Shown here: piece by piece, positions 52,054 to 64,000 of the stretch
How the letters are laid out: the number at the start of each line of letters is the position of its first letter
Numbering within the stretch: position 1 is the stretch's first letter
Source of the DNA: Marsupella aquatica
Lineage: Eukaryota > Plantae > Marchantiophyta
Reading direction: 5' to 3'
Assembly (NCBI GenBank): GCA_973895155.1
Contig: OZ316894.1
Location: forward strand, 19,970,451-20,034,450
Length of the DNA stretch: 64,000 bases
Position numbers and translations under genes: made by a program
The notes under the pieces: generated by a model
What the model was told of the DNA's origin: nothing
The model's input: the letters and a program-made list of their open reading frames with translations, nothing else
The model's database searches: none

Positions 52054-53754
52054 TCATTCCTTCTGTCCGGTGGGAAACGACATTGTCACTCCTTGGTCTT
52101 TCTCCTTCCAGGAAGCAGTTACAGTTTTGATTTGCGTGAAGAAATTGGTACCGGCTTTGCCATAGAAGTTGAGGTCCCCAGCAAACGAAGCTTTCCACCC
52201 TGTGAAGGAGAAAAACGGGAGAGGGACTGGGATGGGTACATTGATCCCAACCTGACCGACGTCTACATTGTGCTGGAAGAAGCGTGCTGCAGCTCCTGAC
52301 CGAGTGAAAATTGCCGTTCCGTTGCCATACTTGTTGTTATTCACAATTGCGATGGCATCGTCCAAACTTCCAGCCTTCATGCACAGCAACACAGGGCCAA
52401 AGATCTCTTGCTTGTAGCACTCCATGTCAGGCGTAACATCTGCTAAGATGGTCGGACCGACAAAATTCCCCTCTTCATAGCCCTCCACCTTCACTTTGCG
52501 CCCATCCAAAACGAGCCTCGCCCCACTCTGCACACCGCTCTCCACGAGCCTGCAAATTCTCTCTTTCGCCTGTTTGCTAATCACAGGGCCCACATCAGCT
52601 CCCGGTTCTGTTCCTGCAGTCACTCTCAACTTCTCGGCCTTACTCTTCAGAGCCTCTTCCCACTTCTTTGAGTCTCCCACAAACACAGCCGTGCTCAGAG
52701 CCATACATCTCTGCCCAGCTGCTCCAAATGAAGCTCCAACGAGAGCATTCAGAGTTGTATCCGGAATTGCATCCGGCATTATCACTGCATGATTCTTTGC
52801 CCCCATATTGCACTGGATCCTCTTGCCTGTTAGGGATGCCCTGGCATAAATGTGCATTCCTGCCGCATCGGAGCCAACAAATGAAATGGCTTTGATGTCC
52901 GGATGGTCACAGATCATGTTTACCACTTCGTGAGTCCCATGGACAACGTTCAAAACCCCTGGAGGAAGCCCAGCCTCTGCTGCTAGCTCTGCCAGCAGCA
53001 TGGCTGCTCCAGGGTCCTTTTCAGAAGGCTTGAGGATGAAAGTGTTACCAGTGGAGACGGCCATGGGGAACATCCAGAGGGGAATCATGGCAGGGAAATT
53101 GAAGGGGCAAATGCCTGCACAGACACCCAGTGGTTGGCGAATGCTATAGGTATCAATATTTGACGAGACATTTTCGATGTACTCCCCCATCTGCTGGTTA
53201 GCAATTCCACAGGCCTGCTCCACCACCTCCAAGCCTCGAAAAACATCTCCCCTGGCATCAGCCAGCGTCTTCCCCTGCTCAGTAGTCACATTCAAAGCCA
53301 GCTTCTCCATGTCTCTTCGGATGAGCTCCTGCAGCTTGAGCATCACTCTTTGCCGGGTCGTCACTGGAGTGCTCCTCCATGTGAGGAACGCTTTCTTTGC
53401 CGTAGAGACTGCTGCCTCAAATTCCTGAGAGGTGGTTAGAGGGAGCCTGGACACCACCTCCTGGGTTGCTGGATTGACCACATCGATAAACTCCACAGCC
53501 TGTGATTTTACAAACTCTCCGTCCAGATATAATTTCACTTCCGGTGGAGGTACAGCTTTTTCTGCCACTGCTGTGGAGAACTGGCTCCTATAATGGCGCC
53601 TGTAATTGCACTCGATATCTCCTAGACCTCCATTTCGCTCAATCGTCGAAGATGTTGCAGAAAGGGCTCGAGAGCCATACCTGAGCAAAGGCACCACACC
53701 ACGAGCGCTGCTCCAGCTTCTCTGCAGTAGAGTTCCCACGACCGCCCTCAACAT
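52054..53754 (-). CDS. ALDH6B: Methylmalonate-semialdehyde dehydrogenase (CoA-acylating), mitochondrial, ALDH6B; single coding exon
   Basis: Uninterrupted 566-aa ORF with Arg/Ser-rich presequence; [35 protein letters not shown], catalytic [35 protein letters not shown]. Confidence 0.97.
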   Translation of the reverse strand: MLRAVVGTLLQRSWSSARGVVPLLRYGSRALSATSSTIERNGGLGDIECNYRRHYRSQFSTAVAEKAVPPPEVKLYLDGEFVKSQAVEFIDVVNPATQEVVSRLPLTTSQEFEAAVSTAKKAFLTWRSTPVTTRQRVMLKLQELIRRDMEKLALNVTTEQGKTLADARGDVFRGLEVVEQACGIANQQMGEYIENVSSNIDTYSIRQPLGVCAGICPFNFPAMIPLWMFPMAVSTGNTFILKPSEKDPGAAMLLAELAAEAGLPPGVLNVVHGTHEVVNMICDHPDIKAISFVGSDAAGMHIYARASLTGKRIQCNMGAKNHAVIMPDAIPDTTLNALVGASFGAAGQRCMALSTAVFVGDSKKWEEALKSKAEKLRVTAGTEPGADVGPVISKQAKERICRLVESGVQSGARLVLDGRKVKVEGYEEGNFVGPTILADVTPDMECYKQEIFGPVLLCMKAGSLDDAIAIVNNNKYGNGTAIFTRSGAAARFFQHNVDVGQVGINVPIPVPLPFFSFTGWKASFAGDLNFYGKAGTNFFTQIKTVTASWKEKDQGVTMSFPTGQKE

Positions 53755-55343
53755 CTTCCCTGCACCTCACTCTAAATTCCCTCCTAGCCCTAATTCCCTA
53801 CTTGCTGAAATTCTCCGTGATGATGCTCAAACCGTTGGTAGCTCCACAACAGTAGCGGCCCAAAATCTGGCCAACGATATTCCGTTAGAAAGCAGTTCAA
53901 CCCGTGCGAAAGTTTCGGTGAGAAACTTCGTAGCTGAATTCCAACCACGAAACTAGTCACCAAATTTCGAAGCTCAGATGCTCTTTCATCTCACCGCTAT
54001 CAAAACCTACTGCTGCTCAGGGAAACAATCACAATGTCTGACAAATTCAATAACGAGACGTTCCCACTATGAAAGTGGCCAGAACTCGAAAAAGAACTCT
54101 GGTGAGGATAAGAGAGAACCCTAGCATTAACATACGGATGAGAACTACCGGAGTTTGTGACAGAGCCAAAGCAACTACCTAAAATTTCCAGAATACCAGC
54201 TGATTCAAAAATGCGAGAACGAACACCAGAGAGGATCAATGGCAAATCAGCAAGATGCTAGACCCCCCTACTTCTACCCTAGCTGGGAAGCCAAAGCAAT
54301 TGACGATGCCTGCAATTGTCCATAATGCGAACTATGGATAATGTAATACACCCAGAGAGATCCTTAAGGAGGATTCCTGGCGAGAAGTTTCCAGAATGAT
54401 AACTCCGAACACGATAGAACACTAGAGAAGGTGAATGGCGAGAACTTACCGAAGAAGGCAAGATCACAGACCCCAAGAAAAACCCAGGAATATCAACAAC
54501 ATTGAGAGTTTCCCAAAATGGTAGGCACAACGACAGTTTCAGTGGAAGAAAACCCAGTGAAACATGACAGCAGTGGCATGAAGGCAAAAGAATCAAACGC
54601 GGGACACGGCTCTGAAGGGCACGACTCGTAGGCTCTTGTTCTTCGTACTATCCCCTCCTCATTGTCTCAAGCTTTGGGGCCACAATGGCATCCTACTTTA
54701 CGGTACTTCAGGTGTGTACAACGTGAACAGTTATCAAATGGAAGGTGAACAGATTTACTTGAAAAAGTTCCAAAAAACTACAACAGAAAACTGGAGACCT
54801 AAGTTATCAAATGGAAAATTAAAAATTGAACAAAAAAGGAAGGTAAGACTCCTGACTGCGATCTAGCTCGCTCGAGGTACACCGAAGCAAAGAGAAGAGA
54901 AGAGAAGAGAACAAGAGAAGAAGAGTGAAGTGAACAGAATAGCAGGCATTGATGGAATTGGTTGGAGGGGATTAGTTTCGACCTGCTAGAGCTGGCTGTT
55001 GACCGAAATTGGTTAGCACATTTTTAATCAATCGGCAGCAGCATCTTCTCCGGCCGAAGTTGGATGAAGGGGGTTCCACGGCAGAGCACAACACAATCTG
55101 TGATTGATCCTATGTGAATTTCTTGCTGGATTTCTTTCCGCCTCTTGTGTTATTGTGATTATTTGAAGAATCGCAGTGCAGTGCTCGGGATGGGCGTACG
55201 GCCTTGAACAGGATTGGGATGAAAGTGATGGATGATCGGACTAGAGTGGGAGTGGGACAGCGTTTTTTTTCAGTGATGAAAAATTGCCAAATTCTACCTT
55301 AGTGAAATCTTGGCCACCATAAAACTTGGTTTTTTCTGTCTTG

Positions 55344-55549
55344 GATTAGCCAATTTCCCACTGCCATAGACCCCACTACCCATAATCTGACCGTTATCTT
55401 TTACTTAGAGAGATCTAAGGACCAGAAATTAATCTAGGGAAAATTAGATAAGAAATATTCTTTAACATATTCGCCAAAATTTGGTAGGTCTTTGGTGTTT
55501 GATTAGCCGATTTCCAACTGCCACAGACCCCACTAGCCACAATCTGACC
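55344..55549. repeat. Imperfect direct repeat (~50-bp cores, 157 bp apart)
   Basis: GATTAGCC.ATTTCC.ACTGCCA.AGACCCCACTA.CCA.AATCTGACC at 55344 and 55501. Confidence 0.7.
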
Positions 55550-55882
55550 AGGGATCAGAAATTAACCTACGAAAATAAAATAAATAATATTATTAACATC
55601 TTCTCTTTCACCCAGGGTAACATTCGCCACAAAGAAAATGAGAGAAAGTTAAAACATTACAATGATTGAGTAGGTGTGAAGTGGAGGGGACACTTGAGTA
55701 GGTATGAGTCGGAGGGGACACTTTATGGTGAGGTGGTTAATGCAGGCTGGCCCTGCAATTAAGAGTGGGTGGTTCTTACTTCTTACAATATGGATTACAA
55801 TATGGATGAGGGAGTGAGTTTAGAGGTTAGGGTTTAATTTTGGTTTTTCGTGCTGTGATATATATAGTGAGTAGGCCTAAAC

Positions 55883-56041
55883 TTTAAAACACCACTGTCC
55901 ATATAAAAAGATAAGTGTCCAAGACTCCTCACTTTTTCATATTTTCTCCTCTAGTATGAGACTTTGCTCCATAATTTCAGGGTACTAAAAATGGTGAAAC
56001 CCGGTGTAACCAGGTTTTGTCATGGATAGTGGCGCTTTAAA
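55883..56041. mobile_element. MITE-like element with ~20-bp terminal inverted repeats
   Basis: Left end TTTAAAACACCACTGTCCAT versus reverse complement of right end TTTAAAGCGCCACTATCCAT; related sequences at 10840-10950 and ~63253-63335. Confidence 0.7.
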
Positions 56042-56560
56042 GCCACTACTGTAGTTAAATCAGTACCTGGGATGAACTTGACCACGAGTCCCACTTCAAT
56101 TCATGCTAGGGCTTTGATGTGTGTGGGGCTCTGGGGGTACAGTTGGCCAACGGTTCGCTCCTTTTGTTCTGTCGCTTTGTATCTGGTTGTATTGGACTTT
56201 TTATCCCCCACTCTCCCTGGGGTTTCACGGTATTAAAATCTATGAAAAATCCATTCCAGGAAAAGTTTATCCTACCTTCACAACACTCTTTTTCTTTGAT
56301 GATTTTCCACATTTCTTAGCAAAAGATTTCACATTTTACATCTTTTGCAAACATACATCTTTTTGGTATCCACATTTCTTAGCAAAAGATCATATGACAA
56401 GATCATATGACATTTTTTACCCAAAGATGGGGTATCGAGTTATCTTTTTTATATATATCACCCTTGTTGCAGAGAATTTCTGAATTCTACTTAATCTGGG
56501 CCAATGGCTGACTGTAGTGTATTAGGGTGTGTCACAGTAACACCATAAATGAGATTTTGC

Positions 56561-56948
56561 AGAGGTCATAAAAGTGCTTTATGGCCAGGAGAATTATGGG
56601 CTACCTAAATACAAACCCCACAAGAATCTTACATAAAAGAATTTAAACCCATAACACTTTGTGTCATATGAGGTCATAAAAGTGCTTTATGGGCAGGAGA
56701 GTTACTAGGAACCTAAATACAAGTCCCATAAGAATCTCAACTAAATGCAAGCCACATATTAAGAGTTTTGGTTCTAAACTTGACACGCCCAATAGATATC
56801 TTAGGGGAGAAAAGCATTACACTTTGCTTCTGGGAGAAACTTGACACGCCCATTAGGGGAGAAAAGCATTACACTTTGCTTGTGGGAGAAACCTGACACG
56901 CCCATTAGATAGCTTAGGGGAGAAATTTGACACGCCCTATTAGATAGG
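56561..56948. repeat. Two adjacent tandem arrays in the kinase 3' region (~110-bp x2; ~30-60-bp x4)
   Basis: GAGGTCATAAAAGTGCTTTATGG.CAGGAGA..ACCTAAATACAA x2 (56561-56740); TGACACGCCC..TTAGGGGAGAAA(AGCATTACACTTTGCTT) x4 (56777-56948). Confidence 0.85.
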
Positions 56949-56975
56949 AGCAGGAGTCCTTCAATCGGCCGGCCT

Positions 56976-59900
56976 TCAGTCACTTTCAGATCCACACAGG
57001 GCTGTAACTGATGTCAGTGATCTGGACCTCCGCAACCGCCTCTGCAGCCCACACGGTGCAGGACGAATGCAGAACTGCCTCATTGTCGAGACTTTGTACA
57101 CAACGGATTGCATTGCGCTACTCAATGTTGGGTTCCGCATTGCATCCTCTATTTGCTCTAGACGCTCGATAATCGTATCAAAGGAAGGGCGGTTGCCCGG
57201 ATACCGATGACAACACTTCTGTATCATCCTGTTCACATAAAGAAAACGAATTACTCAGTATTGCAAAATCCTGTATACAAGAAGCAAATTACTTAGAATT
57301 GCAACACATTTCGAAGAAACAAGTGTACGCTTCTGTCAGTCAGACTAGCAATTATAGCTTGCCTTGCTTCGGATCCATGTCTTCGACAACTATGCATTGA
57401 ATAAAATTCATCTAGCTACAATCTGACTATGTGATGTAAGATTCAGGCAAAGGCAAATCAAATTCGATCTAGGGCTAGGAATTACATCAAGTCGCCTGTG
57501 GACCGTCAAGTCCTAATAACCAGGGAACGAGATGATGTGACGTACTAAAGTTCACTACTGACCTTAGTTCTTCTAATTCGCATGACTGCTATGTGGTTTA
57601 GGGATTTTTGTCGAGAAATGCAGTTGTCTAGCGACGCAGCAATCATTGAATTGCCCCAGAAATTGCTTGCCTATAGCTATATAATTGCCTCCGTACATGC
57701 ATAAGAATTCACAGCTCATCGTATTCAAGCCTAGGTTTCAGATCGCGGACGTCCTGACTGGATCGTAGGAAATTAAAAACTTGCCAGCAATTCGAGCCTT
57801 CTGAGCAGACCGTCCACGGATCAGCTGAAATACGATAACACGGCCTTTTGCCAACAGGCTCGTCGCGTAAGATGTAGCCGGCCAAATTCAAATCCCACAT
57901 GTCGTTCCGAACGAAGCCAGGAAGGGACTGGACAAGGACCTCCTATCGCTGAAACCAATGACATCGGGGGCCCACGAAAACATTCCCCGGTCGATCGGAT
58001 ACCGTAATCTTATGACCTAAACTTTAGGACCATCGTTAACGTCAAGATACTGTTGGATAGAAATCAAGCCACGTACGTAGACCTGCTGAAGAGATTTACA
58101 GACACGACATGCAGGTCTCGCTGATCTGATGACGACTACCCAATATGCAAGAATCTTGGGTGGTGTAAATCACGATGCACCTGGAAGTCTTGACAATCAA
58201 TTCTACGCGCGCATGATACCATATATTAACGTCTGCTTTCAAAGACAAACACTAATGAAAGAACATGCATTGAGACAATTTCTTACCGCCGGCAATGGTT
58301 TCGAATCCAAAATGCAGATGCTGGGCTGCGTACTCTACTACGTAACGACGTAATTGACGCCTTTCTCTACATCCACGCAGGCTGCATGGGAACGGACCAA
58401 TGCAATACATCTGATGGCGGGACGATTCCATATTTTGCGAAACTTAACAGCCGACGACAGGAAGAGACGGTTCATCTCTCGATCTACCGCCAAGTTCTGA
58501 CTAACGATGATCTCGATCAAACACTTTCACACAATTGAGCTTTACTTTGAATGTTCACCTCTCCCACATTCCCTTAGGCTGAATCCGTGTGGCTAGATCG
58601 AAAAGCTCTAGCTCTGACCCCGGGATCTGACTTCAACTGCTCAAGCTTGGTTAATTTCAAATACTGACGCTGAAGGTTCGCTCGAGAGTTAAATAGTCTG
58701 GCTATATAGGCGCATGTCATATATGATTATAATTTCGTGCAATTTAGACCATGATCGAGTTTACGACGTCAGGTCGCTGAAATAACTGGAAATACATTCG
58801 AGAAAGATATTGAACAATCTCAGGTCTGAGTGTTGTCTTATGGGGTGGGGTATTCAAGGCACGTACTCACCGTTCCATGTACGGAGGATAGAGTTTGGAG
58901 GCTGCTTGGCCTTGTGCTCGTCTGCTTGCAAGGATCCGTCCCTCAAACATCTGGAGAGCAGCCCAGGAAACCAACAATTTTGTTGAGAATACCTAGTGCA
59001 TGCTACAAATCAATTAATCATGAATGAAACTTGAAGCAAGAAAATTCAACTGCTGCGCGCGAGACCATTTGAAATCAGGATACTAGCTGCAGGCTGCACG
59101 ATAGAAATACAGAGTCATATCTGCAAGTTTTATGACAAGACAACGTTCAGAATCAATCGTCGTATCCCGATTTCAAAGGTGCGAGTAATTACCTCACGAA
59201 CTATCACTCCGAACGAGAAAACGTCAACTTTCGCGTCTGAACTGGTTGGGTTTGCAGGTGTCAACTCGGGAGCCCTGTATCGAGCTGTATTTATGTCGCA
59301 CACATTCGATGATTTCGTAACCAAGCCAACGTGCTTTAGAACACATGTTCGGTAAAAGGCCCAATATCTAGCAAGAGGTTCATCACTTCCCCCATCTAGT
59401 GCGGGCGGCCAATCGAATTGAGAGATGGCATAAGATCAACGACGACCGTCGGACCAGGATCGCAGTGAGCTAGACCTCTAAGATTCTAAACAAAAATTAG
59501 TCAAAGAAAGGAGCAAAACTAGACTGTAAATTAGCTAGAGATAATTATTCACAACAACAAAGATGGCTGTCTAGAAAGTAAAGCTACCTGAACTTTTCAC
59601 TGCTCATAAATTTAAAAATCACTTCATGATGCTCTTGCCAAAACGACCGACGTAGGTGAATGTACGGAAAGTGAAAAATGGAACACGCATGGGAATGAAA
59701 GCGAAGGATGTCAACTAGAAATATGGCCATCGAGGTGGACGACCGAAGTTTTTCCAAACCTTAGAGATTAGTTGATGCCAGTCAAGATTATCAGGCATGT
59801 CGATCTTCCGACTTACCAAATTCCAGATTGTGCGAACGCATGAACTGTTGATTAGTCAAATTATTGACTCCATACTTGCAAATCCAGTCTATCTTGGAGA

Positions 59901-62543
59901 GGTGCAGTCCTGCAACCTTTAGGTGGCCGAAGTCATCCCTAAGTAGATTCCTGGTCAAAATATTCAATGTGATTTAAACTTCCTTCGTATATGAGCATGA
60001 TATAAAATATGTGGATCTCGAGCTGTCTGCATTAGGGCTCGCAAGAGCACCCATGGGTGTACCTTTGGACTATGACTTTCTCTCTCCACTACACAAAGCT
60101 CGCTAGTCTGAAAGCTGCGCATGATTGTCCAGACTGTTGAATGTATGGAACCGTGATCCTTACTTTGGGTTCAAATCGCAATGAACGACAGTCTCCGGTG
60201 AATGCTGGTGAAGATAATTCATACCTCTGCACATGTGACGCATATAATAGGCGTGTAGTTAAAAGTCTATTAAAGTTTAACAAAACCGTCCGATGACATG
60301 CCGATGCGTATTACAATCAAGAGAGGTCCAGGAATAAGATAAACGAGCCTTAATACCCATTCTTTGAATACTAACGATATGCTTTCCATTTGCAAATTTT
60401 CGTGGGGCCTAGAGTCATGGTCTAGAGGCTTCAGTGGTTCACTCTAGCTAATACAAGACTAAGCCCCAACTCTAGATTTTGTTTGCGATTTATTAGCAAG
60501 GTGAACTGTTTCGATCGCATCTATGAGGACAATTATAAGAATCTTCTGATGGAGAAAGACTTTATTGTCTTGATAATTACCGAGCGATGTCCAGAGCATA
60601 TTTCATCGCTTCATTCTGCGGAATTCGCCCTTTTTTACTCTCACGTAAGAGCTCGAGTAGGTTCCGCTGCAAAACCACTCCATTGAAATGTTAAGGTTAG
60701 CGATACTGATAAGTCGGCGGAGTATATCGCTATCAATGATTCCGGCTACAATTCTGTTATCGACAAATGATCTAGGCCCGATGACGTCGAATCAGATTCA
60801 GAAAATGTTGTACGATAAGGCTTGAACAGGGTGACAGATTTCTATCGTTGGTCATTTAGTTGTATCGATTATAGAAATTCTCAACGAATATATCAACTAT
60901 CCCTTGAAGACGGCCCTGAAAGCCGGCAGGTACACCGGTACTTCAATATACTCCATGTGCTCATAAACAAATGCACACATTCGTGCAGATCCCGTGCACA
61001 TGTATACATTGCATTAAATTATGCTTCAGATCTACCCGCAACATTGTTTTGTCATAATTTGTACACAATTCAATCTTGAACTCTTACTATTAATAACTTC
61101 TGAGCATCAGATTCACAAGGCAGGCGTGATATTTATGAATGAGTTATACTTACTTTCGGAAGATATTCAGTGACAAGAACGACTGGTTCTGATGATTTGA
61201 TCCGCACAGCTCCAAGGAACTGGACGATGTTGGGGTGTCGGAGCTTAATAAGTAAGGAGAGCTCTTTAGTCAACTCACAGTCGGATCTGACAAAAACATT
61301 CATCATCAGTCGTCGACTAACAAAGTGAACTTCTCATCGAGCTGAACGATTATGCCGGTACGAAGTTAGCCAGTAAGATCGGAAGACAGACATTACTAAG
61401 TACAGTGGTGCAGTGCTAAATACAGTTCACGCACGAGCCCGTATCATGGCATGCGGAAACTCACTGAGGTGAATTCGAGTCCACCCTTCGGTCCATGATT
61501 CTTACTTGAACATCTTGTCCTCGCCATCTCATCAATTTGATTATTCCAAAATCACACTGCAGACCAGTACTATAATTTCTCAGATGTACAGTTTAGTGTT
61601 TCAATAGAAAGTCATCCAGTTCAGGAGAGGCACCCCAAGCTGAGTAGTTGTACTCTGCGTTCATTTTTTCGTGAAGTGTTGACGATAACAAGGGAACAAA
61701 CTAAATTCAAGGTGGACATATAAACAGGATATTCATACTTTCTCATAAAATCATAACTGTATCATATATTATATCATATATTACCGGTGTACAATAGTGT
61801 GGATATCAAATAAGCTTTAGAATTCAGATCCATGAGGAAGCTTTCATAAAGCTTAACTTGCACCTCTATCTGAATTGAAAAAAGTTGGCATGCTTACTGA
61901 CGAAGAAATAGAGTCGAATTGCCTCACCTGCGAATCTTGTACATATTGTAGTTCAGCCGGGTCTATTTGGGTAGGCAAAGCCTGAGGTAAATTCTAAACG
62001 CCACGAACAACCAACAGTCAATATTCGGAAGAACAACGGAATTTTACGTCTCACAGGCAGAACGAAACCCTAACTTCGAGGCACAGCTAGAGAGAGTAAC
62101 TGCAACTGTGCCGACGACCAGAAAGTTATGATTACCAAAAGAGTCCGCCTGACTTAGCATATTAAGGACACACCAGGCAAATTAACTGGAGGACGGTGAA
62201 GTTGTTCAAAAGCATGTAAAGCCAAATGTTTCTTAGAGCTGGAGACGCAATTCGAGCTTATGTGTGCGAACATATCATACAAGAAGGTTACAATCATACG
62301 TCTTCACATATCGGTCGTTCACCGGACTTGGCATTTTCAGCCTCGTAACTCCGAGCATCCGCCAGAAGCTGCACGCAAGTATTCAATTCTGGATATTTAG
62401 TGTACATCTAGTAGTGTCGAAGTACAGGAATTGACAAGGACTGCTGACTATTGAAGAGAACATTCATATTATGTTTGTACTGTACGTACCGACGTTCGGT
62501 CGCCCTCGCTAGCTGCGAGATGCATTGCCGTCCTCGTCTCCAT
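56976..62543 (-). CDS. ILK/VIK-like (ankyrin Raf-like) protein kinase, predicted pseudokinase, 11 exons, ~373 aa
   Basis: Phase-consistent exons 62543-62490, 62368-62300, 61993-61928, 61556-61465, 61286-61154, 60666-60581, 60226-60164, 59950-59817, 59284-59193, 58950-58871, 57228-56976. Peptides RTAMHLAASEG, IDPAEL, WRGQDVQVR, KLRHPNIVQFLGAV, YALDIARGMNYLH, HCDLNPKNLL, KVAGLHLSK, YRAPE, DVFSFG, RPSF. Start ATG is tentative. Confidence 0.85.
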
Positions 62544-64000
62544 CGTGGTCTTGCGAGTTCGGCACTGTCACCTTTGGGTCGTCGTCGAAGACCTTCTGTA
62601 ACAGCCTCCACCTCTTCGTGGCTGACAAAGTGGAGCCGGCCACTCGCAGCTTGCAATTGAGCAAGTGAGCCACCTGGTGTAGAAAATAGACTCGACTGAA
62701 GAGAGACAATCCAACGTGAACGAAACAAAAGGTTACCGGCGGCTCAATAAAACTTGTATGGAAAAAAGGCTACCGGCGGGCCCACTTGCATGCTCCTAGA
62801 AGCATAATTTGGTGCCCTAGGGTGGCTTTACAAGGACAGTTTGAGTATTTTTTAACCAGAGCTAATGTATGGGCCATGTCCCTGGGCTAAAGGAGAGTAT
62901 GGAATGATTTTATGGCCCCTAATGTCTTGTAGAGCCAAGTCTTGTAAAGCCAGGTGCATCAAATGGTGCTAGAATAATTTGCTAGGTGACAAGTTGGAAC
63001 CCCTTTCATCTAAACGTCACATAGTCCTTTGGCCAGTGCTCTTCTTGTTTTGACAAGATAAATTCTCATAAGGTTCATGTGGATCCAATTTTAATGCAAA
63101 AGACTCAAATTAGAAATGGACCAAAGGGCTAGATGAAGAGTGGAAGAGACATCCAATTGGACATTTGTCCACATAAGCAGAATTTGGCCCACTCTATTCC
63201 ATGTAAGATCTACATTCAACAGGTTAGGTTGAAAGTGCCCCCATTGTTTTGTAACACCACACCTGTCCATATAAAAGGCCCCCCTTCCCTGCCTGGCTTA
63301 TTTTGTTTATATCCTGCCAGTAGTGGATAGTGGACATGATAAAAAAAAGTGGAGCTCACCTTAAAGGGTGAATCTCACCCTCATGCAACACTCCTGCCCA
63401 TCCCTCCATTTACAGTGAAAAATAATGTGCAGAATGAGAGCTAAGGGTTACCCATGCTCGTATATGTGTAGTTATGGTTAATGTGAATAGTATCAATATT
63501 TCCTCAGTGGATGGTCCTGATCACATCTTGGAGACCAGAAAAAAAGAGTGCCCTCAAGGCGGGCCTCAAGGTCTAGAAAAGCCACCCTTAAATAGACATC
63601 CCATTAACCTTTGCTGTACCGCCACAAAATCACTTACAATAACTAAGGTCCGGGCAGGGTTTGAGTCTATTTTCAGCCCTGCTACCTGCATGTTCCAAAA
63701 AGCTTCTCGGTTGCCACTGATCTATCATCACATTCATCACGTTTTGGACGCAGGGTCATAGTCTAGCGAGTAGCCTAGTAACACCCGCCCAAACAGTGGT
63801 TATCCCATAATAGAATCAACATTCTCTCTCCTCTACAATAAAATGAGCTTGCAGCTCTTACTTCATAGTGGCGGCTGTTCCCGACAATAAGTCCGTATAC
63901 TGGCATCTTTCCTTGATTCGCCTCTATATGTTACTGACTGACCTCTCTCGCCCAGTACTGACCGGTACTACCGGTATCGGAGCACCTCGTGGTCTCCCCC

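Noticed and set aside
52093-53956. Plus-strand ORFs overlapping ALDH6B
   Set aside because: Antisense shadows of a codon-biased CDS.

Overview
Eukaryotic nuclear DNA from an intron-rich land plant, probably a bryophyte such as a liverwort (inferred from gene content, a putative flagellar coiled-coil gene and a relic resembling bryophyte mitochondrial group II intron ORFs). I assembled seven host genes by reading GT-AG boundaries: (1) an isoprenylcysteine methylesterase (ICME-like, +); (2) a purple acid phosphatase (+) with a frameshift in exon 3; (3) a long multi-exon coiled-coil protein with an LNSPRSLxAC motif (-); (4) a DEAD-box helicase of the RH18/DDX55/Spb4 type (+); (5) a ZIP metal transporter (+); (6) a methylmalonate-semialdehyde dehydrogenase ALDH6B (-) with no intron in its CDS; (7) an ILK/VIK-like Raf-type pseudokinase (-) with decayed ankyrin repeats. 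There is also an orphan exon encoding a plastid-transit plus twin-arginine leader. Intergenic DNA holds a solo LTR with TSD, a 5'-truncated LINE with TSD, an older decayed LINE, a CRE-like retroelement tail, a Helitron 3' end with a minisatellite, MITE-like repeats, and a degenerate group II intron RT/maturase fragment lying between copies of a ~300-bp repeat. No rRNA, tRNA or CRISPR array was seen, and no wholly new system can be demonstrated from sequence alone. Exon coordinates were read by eye and may be off by a few bases.
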